64,000 nt of DNA from Diplonema japonicum (Eukaryota > Protista > Euglenozoa: Diplonemea). Location: the NCBI GenBank assembly GCA_964019335.1, contig OZ025676.1, positions 558,001-622,000 on the forward strand. The letters run 5' to 3'. Positions 19,428 through 31,058 of this stretch are shown piece after piece (position 1 is the first letter of the stretch; each line of letters begins with the position of its first letter). The position numbers and the translations under genes are program-made. The notes under the pieces were generated by a model that was not told the origin of the DNA, did no database searches, and saw only the letters and a list, made by a program, of their open reading frames with translations.

Positions 19428-22235
19428 TTACTCACGGTAACCCACTAGCCTGAATATTTTTGCCGAGTCTGCGAAAACAGGCTCGATAGTGTTACTAAGG
19501 GTGTGCTGTCGTGTTTTGACTCTGGTGTCAGCGTTGGCACGTCTGTCCTTGTAAAGCATGGCAAGGATGCGGTCCCGCCGCTGTGCGGGTGTCTCGATTT
19601 CTGCTTCTTTGTTTTGGGAAGCCCTCTTGCTTGCAGGTGCTGTCGAGGGACGCATGTTTAACGGGTTTGGCTGTTTAAGTGGGAGCGAGGGCTGCAACAT
19701 GTCGCTGTCCTGCAGAGATAACGGTGGTGGAGGCAACGAAGGTTCTGGAGGCTTTGGGACCCCTCGTGCGCTGGGTGCTGAGAAGGGGCGCACAAATACA
19801 TTGGTCGCCACAGGGGGGGGGATGATCGGCGAGCATGAGGTGCGTGACTTCACCAAGGACCTCGCGTAGAACAGAACCCTGTCCCAGTTCCTGTTACTGG
19901 ACTCCTTCAAACGGTGCCTCTCGCTCCTTTGTGAAGACATGAACACGGCAAACCTGTGTTCAAGCACATCGATACCACGTTGGATCTTCTTAAGCGACTC
20001 TGCCGTGTGGTAGGAGACTCTGTCCAGCTTCACGTCTTCGATCGCCTGCGAGAGCAAGGACCCATACCGTATCCCCATCGCCAGCAGCGTCCATCCACTC
20101 ACACGGTACATCTCCTCTGTCATCTCTGCTGTGTTGACAGCCGTCTTCAGCTTGTCGACGACGGCAATGTTGACAGATGACAGTTTGCTGCCGAGCGTGC
20201 TCTCCAACGTCGCGATGGTGGTTTGCAAGTCCTCGAGCTCCTGCTGCCGCCCTTTCAGCAACCTGTTCTTGCTTACAATCTCTTGCTTAAGGTCCGCGAT
20301 TTCTTCTTCGTGCGCCTTCGGGTTCCTCAATGACGATATTGTTCTCCTTGCGTCGCACACCTCTGTCTTCAGGGCGTTTAGACTGTTGACTGTCTCACTG
20401 AATTGGTGTTGCATCTGTCTGTACTTCACTAGCCTCTCTTCCAGGTCAGGCGTCTTCTCCTCGTTCTCGAGACATCCTATGTCCTTCAGCATCTGCCCCA
20501 GTATTCTTTCCTTGCTTCGCAGCTCCGCCTTCAATTTTGAAACTTCGTTCTTTGCTTTGACCTCTTCCATCGCAGATTTCTTCTGCTTCTGTTGCAACTG
20601 GAGCATAGTGGACATCGTCTTCTTTGGCTTGTTCGCCCTGTGCACCCTGCGTGTCACACCGTCTGAAGAAGAGCTCTCCGAAGACGTTTCGTCCTCGTCC
20701 CCAGAGGAGACAGACGACATGACTGTAACTATTTTTTGCAAGTCCTTAGCCTTGGGAACAACTTGCTTTCTCGAATCAGCCTTTCTAGACAACCAAGTTC
20801 GGTGTCGTCCTCGCTTTGACACCATTCCCTTCCCTTTCAGTTTTATCTTCTTTTTCCCCTTCACAGGGTTCACCTCATTTGACTTCTGGGATACCAAGCT
20901 CAGCGTGTCATCCTTGCTTGTGTTGCTGTTTGATGCCTTGCTCTCGTCCTCTTCATCCTCATCCTCCTCGTCTTCTTCTTCTCTGTTTGTCTTTACTGAT
21001 ATGTTCGAGTTCTGTGTACTAGCGTTCTCCGACACAGCGACAGTAGCGTCGATTTTGCTGAAACGCGAATGCGACCGTAAGGACTTAAGGACCGAGCTGG
21101 AGGTCATCTGAGACATGCAAACGGGCAGTGTGTTGGCGCTGTCGTCGCTGTCGGGGTTGATTTGGATCTGCTCAATGCCCGGCTCTTCCTCCTCTTCTAC
21201 TTCAGGTGTTTCTGGCTTTGAAGAAGAGAGCGTTATTGCCTTTGACAGGTCGCTTTCATCGTCACGCAGGCTGAGGGTGGGGATGGGGGTCGCGCACGAT
21301 TCTTTGAGAACACTGTCTACGGGGGCAAGGTTAAGATCTGGACTTTCGGATTCAAGCTCGACCCCAGGTTCAGAGACAGTGGTGTGGCTATGAGCGAAGC
21401 TGAGATCAAGGCCTTCTGTCTGCACATACACATCGATTCCGCTACCGGGGACAGAAATAGGCACAGGCGGTGGGCAGTGCCTCATCCCCTCATCTATAGC
21501 TCCAATAGGATCTGGCTCCTCATGTGTCTGCATCTCAAGTGCTTCATGGTGTTGCTTCTTCAGATCCTCGATGACAGCGTGCAGCTTGTCGACCTCCTCT
21601 CGTCTGCGCATGTCACTCGCGTGCTTTTCTTTTTCGTAGTTCTCACGCAGTATCTGGATGGCCTTCTCGTATTGTGTTTTATCCTTCTCGGGGTCACTTT
21701 CTTGCACTGGTGGCGATTCTTCATCCCACTCGGCGTCTTCGTCCTTAGGGCAGTACGAGGTGTTTTGCGTCAGTACCTGCTTCAGATACGTTGCGCGCTG
21801 TTCATTGAGCTGTGCTTGCCGTCTCTTGACCTGTCCTTGGAGGGCGGTGAGTTCAGCTTCGAGAGAAGCGGTTTTATGTTTTCGATCATCGAGTTGTGTG
21901 CGCAGTGTATCGTTAGCTGCCATCAGGCTATTCATCTGGTTTTCATCGTGCGAGAGCACAACGGGCTCGCGTGTTCCCGGGTGGTGCCCATCCTGCTCAA
22001 CAGCTTTGTTGCAGATATCGATCAGCAGTTGCATCACGTCACGCTTACACACCTCTTCGAACTCCAGTTTCAGCTTCGGTGGCGCAAACTCCAACACCCG
22101 CTCCCTTTCAAGTGTTGCCCCAAGCAATCTGTTCCGTGACATTTCAAGATACTTCATAAAGTCTTTGCTTAGCCCTGCAGGCCGCCCATCTCCCTCCGCG
22201 TGTACCATCGCCTGTGTGCTTGCTGAGAGTGGCAT
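19428..22235 (-). CDS. Large coiled-coil / low-complexity protein
   Basis: 935-aa ORF with heptad-rich segments and acidic/Ser-rich linkers. Confidence 0.8.
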   Translation of the reverse strand: MPLSASTQAMVHAEGDGRPAGLSKDFMKYLEMSRNRLLGATLERERVLEFAPPKLKLEFEEVCKRDVMQLLIDICNKAVEQDGHHPGTREPVVLSHDENQMNSLMAANDTLRTQLDDRKHKTASLEAELTALQGQVKRRQAQLNEQRATYLKQVLTQNTSYCPKDEDAEWDEESPPVQESDPEKDKTQYEKAIQILRENYEKEKHASDMRRREEVDKLHAVIEDLKKQHHEALEMQTHEEPDPIGAIDEGMRHCPPPVPISVPGSGIDVYVQTEGLDLSFAHSHTTVSEPGVELESESPDLNLAPVDSVLKESCATPIPTLSLRDDESDLSKAITLSSSKPETPEVEEEEEPGIEQIQINPDSDDSANTLPVCMSQMTSSSVLKSLRSHSRFSKIDATVAVSENASTQNSNISVKTNREEEDEEDEDEEDESKASNSNTSKDDTLSLVSQKSNEVNPVKGKKKIKLKGKGMVSKRGRHRTWLSRKADSRKQVVPKAKDLQKIVTVMSSVSSGDEDETSSESSSSDGVTRRVHRANKPKKTMSTMLQLQQKQKKSAMEEVKAKNEVSKLKAELRSKERILGQMLKDIGCLENEEKTPDLEERLVKYRQMQHQFSETVNSLNALKTEVCDARRTISSLRNPKAHEEEIADLKQEIVSKNRLLKGRQQELEDLQTTIATLESTLGSKLSSVNIAVVDKLKTAVNTAEMTEEMYRVSGWTLLAMGIRYGSLLSQAIEDVKLDRVSYHTAESLKKIQRGIDVLEHRFAVFMSSQRSERHRLKESSNRNWDRVLFYARSLVKSRTSCSPIIPPPVATNVFVRPFSAPSARGVPKPPEPSLPPPPLSLQDSDMLQPSLPLKQPNPLNMRPSTAPASKRASQNKEAEIETPAQRRDRILAMLYKDRRANADTRVKTRQHTLSNTIEPVFADSAKIFRLVGYRE

Positions 22236-22504
22236 GGCAAGCCAAACGATTCAACAAATGAAACTAAACGAAGGAATACAGACGCGCCAAGCGCAGCAAA
22301 CACACGAGCAGTGCGATTGCCACACAAGGCTACTAAGCTAACTACTTGTACATTGTCGTTGGGCATCTTCGCGCTCTTATCAAAGAAGCCAAGGGCAAGT
22401 CTAACAAAAGTAAATAAAGCAAAAGGCAACCTCTCTTGTTAACAGTACTCCTTTCGGAAACTGTTGAAGAAAGAAGGGGGGGGGGGGGGGGGGGGGAATG
22501 CAAA

Positions 22505-25356
22505 CTAAGCGAACTCTGGGGGGCTGGCGATGTTCAACTTGCGAGGGTTCCGGTTGCAGCCTTTGAGGAGATGCTCGTCCCAGCCGAGGTCACCGGGGCC
22601 AATAGTTTCCTTGCACAGCACACAAATGTTGCGTGTATCGGAAGGTGGGCTGCAGGCTGCTTTGTTGAGGTGGTCTTCGTACTCATCTTTAGGGACGGCC
22701 TCTAGACAGTTGGGACACTGCTTCATAGCATCCCTGCTCGCACACTCCATGAGCCAGTGATCTGTCAGTAGCATGATCTCTATGACCTGTCCACACAGGT
22801 GGCATTGGTACAGCATGGGGCAGCTGTGCAAGTAATGTCTGTCGAGTACTTCCACAGTAAATCTAGGGTCCTGTTTCTTGCAGAACTGGCACACCGTCTC
22901 CTCTATGATTTCTATGGGGTCAGGTTGGGGTCGCTTTTGAGGGGATTGGGATTGTGCTGCCCTTGCTGCCCTGAGTTGCTGCTTCATCTAAAGGAAGTTC
23001 GATGTGAGTCAGGCATACCTGGTCGTTCCCATCCACCGACATGCTTGAGTTCATCATCTCTCGTTCAACTGGAGAAAGATGTGTTTGCGGCTCCCCGTCC
23101 TGTGTTGTGCGTTGTTGTGAACAAATACAACCACCTACCTCACATTCTTTATCGATAACTGCCTTAAGCGCAGGCTTCAAATCTTGAATATGTTTTGCAA
23201 CGTTTTTGTGTCCGCCTTGCTGATGCAGCTTCGCTATCATTTTAATTCCTGCCTCTCGCGCCTCGGGGTTTGGGTGGTTAACTGCCGGCAGTGCTAGCTT
23301 AGTCATCATGGAGTCAATCGTCAATACGTGGCGTACCTCCTTGCGATGGATTCCGAACTTGTCAATTAGGAGGGACACGATGGTTACCCTGTGCTTGTGC
23401 TTGTGATTGTGAAGTTCGTGCATACCTTGCGAGAAGAGGGCGCCACAGGTGTTGACTCACCTTTTTCTTGGATGGTTGTTCTGATTCGTGAAGAGCTATA
23501 GAAGACACCTTTTCAGGACCGTATACAGGGGCGGTGGCAAGGAGCATTAAGAGCTCCGTTGCCAGCTCTCGGGTGCGTTGGTTGCTGTCAGCTGCCTTCA
23601 CAACAAGTGCCGAGGCGATCTGGTGGAAAGCCGGCTGGGTTGCATGGGGAGGGTTGCTCTCTACAATGACACGCACGGCCTCGAGGCTGCCGGTGACCAC
23701 GCCGTTGACGGCGTCGTTGAGCCCATTGCCCTTGGAGGTCAGCTGCCGCATGAGCAGCACTGTGCATTGAGTGTGGTCGCTAGGGAAGGGACACGCATCG
23801 CTCGCAGCAGAAATCTTTCCCGCAAGTGCTTTGATGGCCGCCTCTCTGGCTTGCCACTTCTTCGAGAACAAACATTTTGTCGCAAATGGACCAAAGCAGC
23901 TACTGAACTCGGTACAGTTCCTTTTCTTTGCATCAGTCAGCTCTTCGACACCAGCCGACTCCGGGTGCACCGCCACCACCCTGTCGTACACGTCTTTCTC
24001 CCAGTCCGCCATTGACTTTTCATCGGCAGTTTTTCGCAAGGCCGCTGCACCAGCATCAGGCGTGCCGTTCCTATGAGTGTTGAAGGGATCGTCGGTGTTG
24101 ACGATCTTCTCGATGTCCCACCAGGCTTTCGATGATTGATTGTGCTCTTCTTCCTCAGGCAGCTCGGATGGGAGGTTCGAGAGGTAGGCTTTAGAGATGG
24201 CAGGCTTCTCTTCTATACCGCTGGCTAGCATGGGGCGAGGCTGCAAAGGTGGTGGTGCTTCATGTGGATTAGTGAGCTCCGGTTCAGCCCTTGCAACAGG
24301 GGACGGCAAAGGAGTGCTATTCGACAGAGGCGGTAGGGGGTTCGAACCCAGAGGCAGCGGCGTCGATGGCGCTGTGTTGGGAGCACCCTGCCCCCCCATA
24401 GGTGGCAAGCAGACTGGCTGCGGTGGTGGTGGCATACTCTCGTTGTTCGCCACATTAGAGTGCCCCACACCTTGGGCAGACGACCGCAGCTGGTCTATTT
24501 GCGTCTTCAGCGCTTTCGCAAGGTCGTAGTCTTCCTGCTGCACTGCCTGTTTCTTCTGGTTCTCGAGGAGTAGTAATTTGCTCGCGACTTGCTTCAGCGA
24601 ATCTATCATGTCCTTCATCTTCTTCGCTGTGTCATAATCCTCCTCCTGCACCGCCCGTTGCTTGATGACCGTCATCTCGCGCATCTTCTTCTGCGTGATA
24701 GGGTCGAACTGGATGCCGTACCGCACATCGTCGTTGATGTCTTTTGCTGCGGGCTTCATCTCCGCGAGGTCGATCGAAGGCTCGCTGTGGTCCATAGGAG
24801 GGGCCCCCGTCTCGAGGGAGTAGGGTGTGGGTGATTGGTTGTACAGTTGCCCTACCCTACCAATCACATTAAGAGCTACCAGACCCACCTGGTTGTAGTA
24901 ATTGTATGGGTTAATGTGGCACTTGTGGAGAAGCAGCCTCAAGTACAAAGCCGTGCAGTTCACGTGCACCATTTTAAGCTCACGAGACATGTAGTCCGTT
25001 GCCTTGTTTGTCGAAAGAACGAAGTATCCCAGACGCTTCCATTTAGCTTCTTCGGGAGAGTAGTAGACCTGAGACCTGGAAGATGTGGTGGTGGGTTCGG
25101 AAACGAAGACCTCGACCTTCGTAGACACCTTGCTGGCGTGCGAGAGGTATTGGATCTGCTCAACGAACGTGTCGCCCTTTAACCGTAGTACGAGCTCCTG
25201 TGGGTATTCTGAGAATTTTGGACTCGTCCACCCCTTAGTTTGGTTTGTATGCTGGTGCAGTTCTGCTGCGGGGTAGTTCTCATCCTCCCCAGTGCAGGAC
25301 ACCACGTCGAAGCCGACGCGCTTCTCCGGATGCACGTTGCCATTGTGCTGGGTCAT
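22505..25356 (-). CDS. CEP104: Centrosomal/ciliary protein CEP104; introns 23389-23425, 23100-23138, 22988-23018
   Basis: N-terminal jelly-roll (GWTSPKFSEYPQELVL, HINPYNYYNQVGLVALN), AVQEEDYD coiled repeats, TOG (FSKKWQAREAA), C-terminal Zn fingers (CQFC..LDRHY..SCPML..C..CGQVIE). Confidence 0.93.
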
Positions 25357-25478
25357 CCCAGTCCTGTAGTGCTTATGTGCTATGGTGTCAAGCAACAAAT
25401 TGATAAAAGTCTGTGTTGGGGGGGGGGGGGGGGGAGGCAAAACTCTATGCTATTTGGCTCTAAAAAAAGTAAACAAAT

Positions 25479-26093
25479 CTACTTCTTAGCGGGACTAGAA
25501 GTCAAGAACGTGCACGGCTGTCCACTGTCGTTTATAAACAGATATGCCCCATCCTTGTTTTTCTTCATAGGTGTCAAAGGTTCGTAGTCATCGCCTGCGA
25601 TTATCTTCCGAACTTCCCAGTGAAGCTTCCGACGGCGCGACTCTTTCGTGTGTAGGTATTTTTTTTCTCCGTCCACGTTGTGTTGATAAGAACCAACAGG
25701 GTCGGAGCGGTAGATAAACTGGTCGGTGCGCAAGGCGGCTTGTTGGCGCTTATCGCGACCTCCCTCGTTCCTGTGAAGCCTCGTCCTGAAGTCCTCATGT
25801 CTGGCCCACGCCTGCTTGAGCTCAGCATGCTTCCGTTGTCTGTCTGTCTTCACGAAACCTTGACCCCTTTTCAAGTTCGCGTCCCATATCACCCCAGATG
25901 AGTCCCGCTTCACCAACCCATATTTTGTCCTCACCACCTCCGCCTTTTCCTCAACCTCTTTTGTCTCGTTCTCTTTCCGCTGAAGCTCTTCTAGTGCAAG
26001 CTTTTCTCTCAAGTGGTCAATGTACTCGTCTGATGCACTCATAACGCCCATCCCCTCAAGGATACTGCGCAGCTTTTGTGTACTCGGCTCCAT
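25479..26093 (-). CDS. Hypothetical protein, possibly HYLS1-like basal-body protein
   Basis: KTDR..K..ELKQAW and SRRRKLHWEVR loosely resemble HYLS1 C-terminal motifs; family assignment tentative. Confidence 0.55.
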   Translation of the reverse strand: MEPSTQKLRSILEGMGVMSASDEYIDHLREKLALEELQRKENETKEVEEKAEVVRTKYGLVKRDSSGVIWDANLKRGQGFVKTDRQRKHAELKQAWARHEDFRTRLHRNEGGRDKRQQAALRTDQFIYRSDPVGSYQHNVDGEKKYLHTKESRRRKLHWEVRKIIAGDDYEPLTPMKKNKDGAYLFINDSGQPCTFLTSSPAKK

Positions 26094-26183
26094 CTTTAAC
26101 TACCTAGGAAGGATAGACTGTTGAACAACTGACACAAGATACCTAACAAATTAACGAAAAGAAGCAGGCATGGAAACGCCTGT

Positions 26184-27248
26184 CTACTCACTGACAACAA
26201 GCATAGGGAGCGCAGGCTGCTTGCCGTGCATTTCGTTGATGATGAGCCGCGACGTGGGATGCATCGGGCCAAGGAGGTTCATGGCCACGGTGTGTGCTTC
26301 GGCAAGATCTCGCTGTGCTGAGGACTCGAGGTGGTTGCAGGCCTTGAAAGAGGTCTTGATCTTGTAGAGTGCGTGCAAGGTGAGGATGTACTGCTTTACA
26401 GTGTCCTGAGGTGCGCTGTTGTCAGTCTCGAGGGAGGTGGTAACAGTGCTTTCTAACATCTTGGCTGCTTTGAGACAAGGCAGCAGCGAGTGCGATGCCT
26501 CTCCCGAATGGAAGAGGGAGATCCCGAAGTTAAGCAGTGTTGCAGGGGATGTCTTGCCCAACACGTCCTCCAAGTCCAGGGCATCACTGTACGCTGTTAG
26601 CGCTTCGTGGTACTTGCCGCTGTTGTGGCGTAGGCAGCCAGTGTTGTTTAGAGTCACGGAGCGCAGTAGAAGCCGCTCGTCTTCACTGCTGAAGAGTTGT
26701 GCGTGGTCCTCACAGGTGAATCTGTCCGCCACTTCCAGAAGGGCGTTCGCTTTCAGCAGGTTAGCTGCTTTTTGTGTGTTTATACACTCGATGCTCTGCC
26801 TGTTCCATCCCATTATGACTTCGGGCGTCACTTCAGAAGGGAGGACGTTGATGTGCTGTGGCATGGGGTGCTTCCGCCGCCTGTCCCTTTCCGTCTGACG
26901 CTTCCTGATGTGAGCTGAGTAGGCAGACTTCAGGTGCCTCCTCGTGCACATGTCTTTTTCGGGGTCTTCTTCATCTTCGCCTTGCTGCGCGGACTTCCTG
27001 GCCAGCTTGCCACGAAGCTCACGCTGCTCATCCCTGTTCAGAGCCAGCTCCCCTTGCCGCTCCTTCACGTACAGTCCCCAGTAGTCCCGCATGGCAGCCA
27101 GCACTTCATTGTGAGCTTCTTCTTCTTTCTTCGTCTTTGCGTTACTTATCTTCTTCAACTGTTTCCTTATGTCTGCATCCCGTTGCTGTTCTATCTTCCG
27201 CAACGTGCGCTGCTTGTCGCGCACCTTAAGCAGTGTGCTGACCCCCAT
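26184..27248 (-). CDS. Coiled-coil + TPR protein
   Basis: VTLNNTGCLRHNSGKYHEALTAYSDAL, ATLLNFGISLFHSG, LLGPMHP TPR-like motifs. Confidence 0.75.
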   Translation of the reverse strand: MGVSTLLKVRDKQRTLRKIEQQRDADIRKQLKKISNAKTKKEEEAHNEVLAAMRDYWGLYVKERQGELALNRDEQRELRGKLARKSAQQGEDEEDPEKDMCTRRHLKSAYSAHIRKRQTERDRRRKHPMPQHINVLPSEVTPEVIMGWNRQSIECINTQKAANLLKANALLEVADRFTCEDHAQLFSSEDERLLLRSVTLNNTGCLRHNSGKYHEALTAYSDALDLEDVLGKTSPATLLNFGISLFHSGEASHSLLPCLKAAKMLESTVTTSLETDNSAPQDTVKQYILTLHALYKIKTSFKACNHLESSAQRDLAEAHTVAMNLLGPMHPTSRLIINEMHGKQPALPMLVVSE

Positions 27249-29562
27249 CAAGCTGTACTGGGTGACAAGAGATAAATAAAAAAGGAAAGCAATAAATAAA
27301 TACAAGCAAGCAGCAACGAAAGAAACTTAACAGAAACGCAGAGCACTAGTGGTGGTTGGGACAGCACCGCCTTAAGGGCCCCGGTGGTGGGTTTTTTGTC
27401 AGCCACCCATCACCTATACTAAGCGTTTCAGTTTTTTTTTTTTGTTTTGTTATGTATTGTTTAACTTTTTTTTTTGTTTTTTTTTCTTAAAATCCTTCGT
27501 AGCAAGGTTCCTCTGTCCCTCGTCCGGTCTCGTGAGATGGGTACCTGGTCCTGGCAGGCTTGGGGGAGTTGCTTGAGCCTGCCCTAAATAAGTGTTTCAA
27601 AAAAAAAAGGAAAAAAAAAGAGAAAAAAAAAACTTCACATGGGTGAATGAAGGAAAGGGACAAGAGAGGCAGTTTTTTGAAACACTTTAGAGCAGGACGA
27701 GCGTTCCCTGAGGTAGCTGCTGTTCTTACCAGTTAAGGTGACCCAATTGGGCGTGAGGCACGGCGAGTGGTGTTAGATGTGACAGACAGGGTAAAAGGAA
27801 GGTTTTTGTGTCATAAACACAAAGAGCGAAGCCAAATTGAGCAAAATCGGAGGAAAAGATTTTTTTTTAAAAAAACGATTTTTATTTTTTCGTGTTCATT
27901 TGTTGTTTCATCTGATGGTACCAATATATTAAAATAAATAAAATAAAATAAAAAAACGACATAAAAAGACAATGCTAAAAATCAAAGACATGTTTCTTAA
28001 ATATCATTGAATTTTTTTAGGAAAAATAAATTCACATAGCATTCAAGCCATCAAAGATAGAATGTTAAAGTGGAAAAAAAATGTTATAAAAAAGGGAGAG
28101 GAATGGCTTAAAGTCTTTTTAATTAAAAAAATTATTGTGTTTTTTTGTTTTTTTTTTCGGGGGTAAAACGAGCAGGGGAACAGGGAAAAGTGTGCAACAA
28201 AACAGAAAGGGTATTCGTCACCGTCTGTTTTTTTTTTTTTGCACAATGGGAGAATATGGTTTCTTTTTTTTTTTTTTGTTTTCTGACTTCTTTTATTTTT
28301 ATTTCTAACTTATCACAGAAAAGTAAAACACCCTCCCTTTTTATTCTTGTTAAAGCAATTCAAGTGAGGGGGGAAAGGGGAGAAACAACGTCATTTTTTT
28401 GACTTAAAATAGGAAGGGTGTAGTAGCCGAAAACAAAAAACCTTTTTTTTTTCGAGTTTTTTTTTTTCTCTTCTTTTTGAAGGGCAAAAAGAAAAAAAAT
28501 TGAGCGAAGCAGAAAAGTTTTTTTTTCTTCAAAATCTTCCTACTTGATTGTCACAACATCACCTCGTAGCACCTTTAAAATTAATGTAATTACAAGGTCC
28601 CAGATGACAGCCTCACAGCGATCCCGCAGAGAGTAAGAAAGAAGAAATGAGGAAAATTGGAAATGAAAGATGTCTTTTTCTTTTTTTGTTTTGGAAAAAA
28701 GACGGGGTTCTCTTCCCTTTTTTTCAAGGAAAGTACATCGGGGGAGGAGGATGCATGCAAAAATTTGCAATTGATGTGGTAAGGAAAAAAAAAATGTTAA
28801 AAAAAAAACAAAAGAATTAGAATAAGTTAGGGATCATTTCTTACGCGCAGTGCGCGAGCAGAGGGTAGCAAAATCAAAAGATAAACATAATAAAGTAGAC
28901 AATACGTGTTCCTGTTCAAAAAAAAAAAAAAAAAAAAAAAAAACAGTTCTAATTTGCAAAAAAAAAATCTTTTTTTTTTGGTGTTGTCATTTTTTTTTTC
29001 TCAGGTTAAAAACGAAAGGGAAGGGGAAAATCTGGTTACAGAAAAAAAGAAGGTAGAGAAAAAAAAATTCATTATGACTGATGGGGTGTTAGAAAAAAAA
29101 AGAGAAAAAAAAGCGAAATAAAACCCTGGATCAGACCTCCCAGATTGTTGACTATAACTGCAAAGCTATATATATAAGTGCTCCTGCCGTAGCCACCTAC
29201 AACAGCCCCTTTTCGCGCTGATCGCCTTTCATTTCTCCTTTTCCTCCAGTTGCTTACTTGGTAAGGGAGAAGGATGAAGATCAAAATAAGCTCCAAAAAG
29301 AAAAGGGAGAAAGTAAAGACATCTTCGCGTGTGGGGGCACAGTAAGTACCACGGCCAGCAGTTTATAGCACAAACGTGAGACTAAAACGAGAGTTTTCGT
29401 GAAAAAAGGGGGGAGGAGGGAAAAGGATGTAGTTTCTTTGTAAAGTTTTTTATATTTGTTACATCTTTGCTTCTTTTTTTTTTTCCTTTTTTGATTCCCT
29501 TTTGGTGTTCCTTTACCCCTGAGAATAAATGACTTAGAACTGATTTTGATTTCATGATTTGC

Positions 29563-30609
29563 TTACCCGCTGCTCTCGTCATCGCTTGAGGGAATTGAGG
29601 GAGAGCTGTACTTGCTGCCATACTTCTCCTGCCGTTGGAATTTGAAGGATCTGGGCCAGAACTCGTGATAGGCGATAACAGTAGACAGAACAGACCGGGG
29701 GCCCCTTGAGGTAGGCACCCGCCCTGCAAGGTCTGACTCGGTGCAGGTCATCTGCGACAAACAACACTTCAGTGTCAAAGTCAGCTTTGTCAGCAGCTGT
29801 TCCGGCGCCCCCAGCAAAAGGTTGCCACCTTCAATGGGGTCCATAACAACGAAAGGCGCGCCCATGGGGCCGGGGAGCATAGGCACAATGCCTTCCGGTC
29901 TGGTCACGTCCACCATGTGCGTCTTCCTGTTGAATGACTCGCAAATGTACTTCACGAAGCCCTTCAGGAACTCGCCTGGGGTCTGCGTCGTTTCCCCTTG
30001 CAGCTTGCTGTACCCCAGCACGATCAGCAGGAACGTGCTGGCCTTGAAGTTGTCATCAATAATCTTGCATGACTCCAAGATAGTCGTCAGGACGAAAGCT
30101 GTCAGGTCAGCGTTGGTGTGGTACCGCAGCTCCTTCTTGAGGTAGGATGTGAGGGCTCTGTGGTACGACTTTGTGTCCTGTGTGAAGAAGACGTCTGTGG
30201 TGATGTCCTCAATCTTGAGCGAGAGGTGGTCGCTGCTCACGATGTTGACCTCGCTCTCCTTGAAGTCGTTGCAGAGCCCGCTCATCGCCTCCTGCACGTC
30301 CTCTACATCCTCCACCACAAGAGCGATGCCCTTTGTGAAGGGTGCCATTCCATACCCGTGTTCGCTGCACAGCTTGACTGTCGATTTGGGAGAAACCCTC
30401 ATGATGGTCGCCTGCACGGCGCTGCGCACAGTGCTCCTCACAGCACACTCCTCACCGCGAGGCACCATGAACTGTTTGAACAGCTGCATCTCACCCCCCA
30501 GCGTCAACCCCACCACATCGCTTGCCCACGGTGTCCCTGCGATGTCCGTCGGTTCAGTCCTCTTGCTTCCGCAACCGTCCCTCTTTTTCTGGAATCTCTG
30601 AGCGCCCAT
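29563..30609 (-). CDS. TRF4/PAPD5-like non-canonical poly(A) polymerase homolog, predicted inactive
   Basis: LGGEMQLFKQFMVPRGEE..VR..V aligns with TRF4-family LHEEI.DFY.YMSP.PEE..R; PAP-associated GEFLKGF...F...VMDPIEGGN; the GS..DxD position reads SE..GIA. Confidence 0.7.
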   Translation of the reverse strand: MGAQRFQKKRDGCGSKRTEPTDIAGTPWASDVVGLTLGGEMQLFKQFMVPRGEECAVRSTVRSAVQATIMRVSPKSTVKLCSEHGYGMAPFTKGIALVVEDVEDVQEAMSGLCNDFKESEVNIVSSDHLSLKIEDITTDVFFTQDTKSYHRALTSYLKKELRYHTNADLTAFVLTTILESCKIIDDNFKASTFLLIVLGYSKLQGETTQTPGEFLKGFVKYICESFNRKTHMVDVTRPEGIVPMLPGPMGAPFVVMDPIEGGNLLLGAPEQLLTKLTLTLKCCLSQMTCTESDLAGRVPTSRGPRSVLSTVIAYHEFWPRSFKFQRQEKYGSKYSSPSIPSSDDESSG

Positions 30610-31058
30610 TTTAATGTTAATGTGTTTAAGAGAAAAGGTAGTCTGGGTGTAAAGGTAGTCTGGGTGACTTCAACAAGGAATGAGAAACAGCATCAGAAAA
30701 ACAGTAAAAACAAGAAAAAGACAAGGACTGTAACTCTAACCGATGGGAGGCTATCCCTCTGCTGCAACCACTCTGAAAGGTGCACGCAACAAGGAGATCC
30801 TCAAGGCTTATATGACGTTGGCGCCGGATGCCTATATGCCACGGCAGACGGGGCGGGGGATGGGAGGGATAATTGACAACAAAAGGACATTTTTTTTTTA
30901 TTCCCATTTTTAAACATATTTTTTTTGTTTTCCCACTATTTTATTAACAAATAACATTTTCCATCTTCCTTACACGTCCAAAAAGGTTAGTTTGCAGCGA
31001 AGGTGTTTCCTCTATAATAACTATCCCAGGATCCTGGAGCCATCGTCGGCACTGTGTT

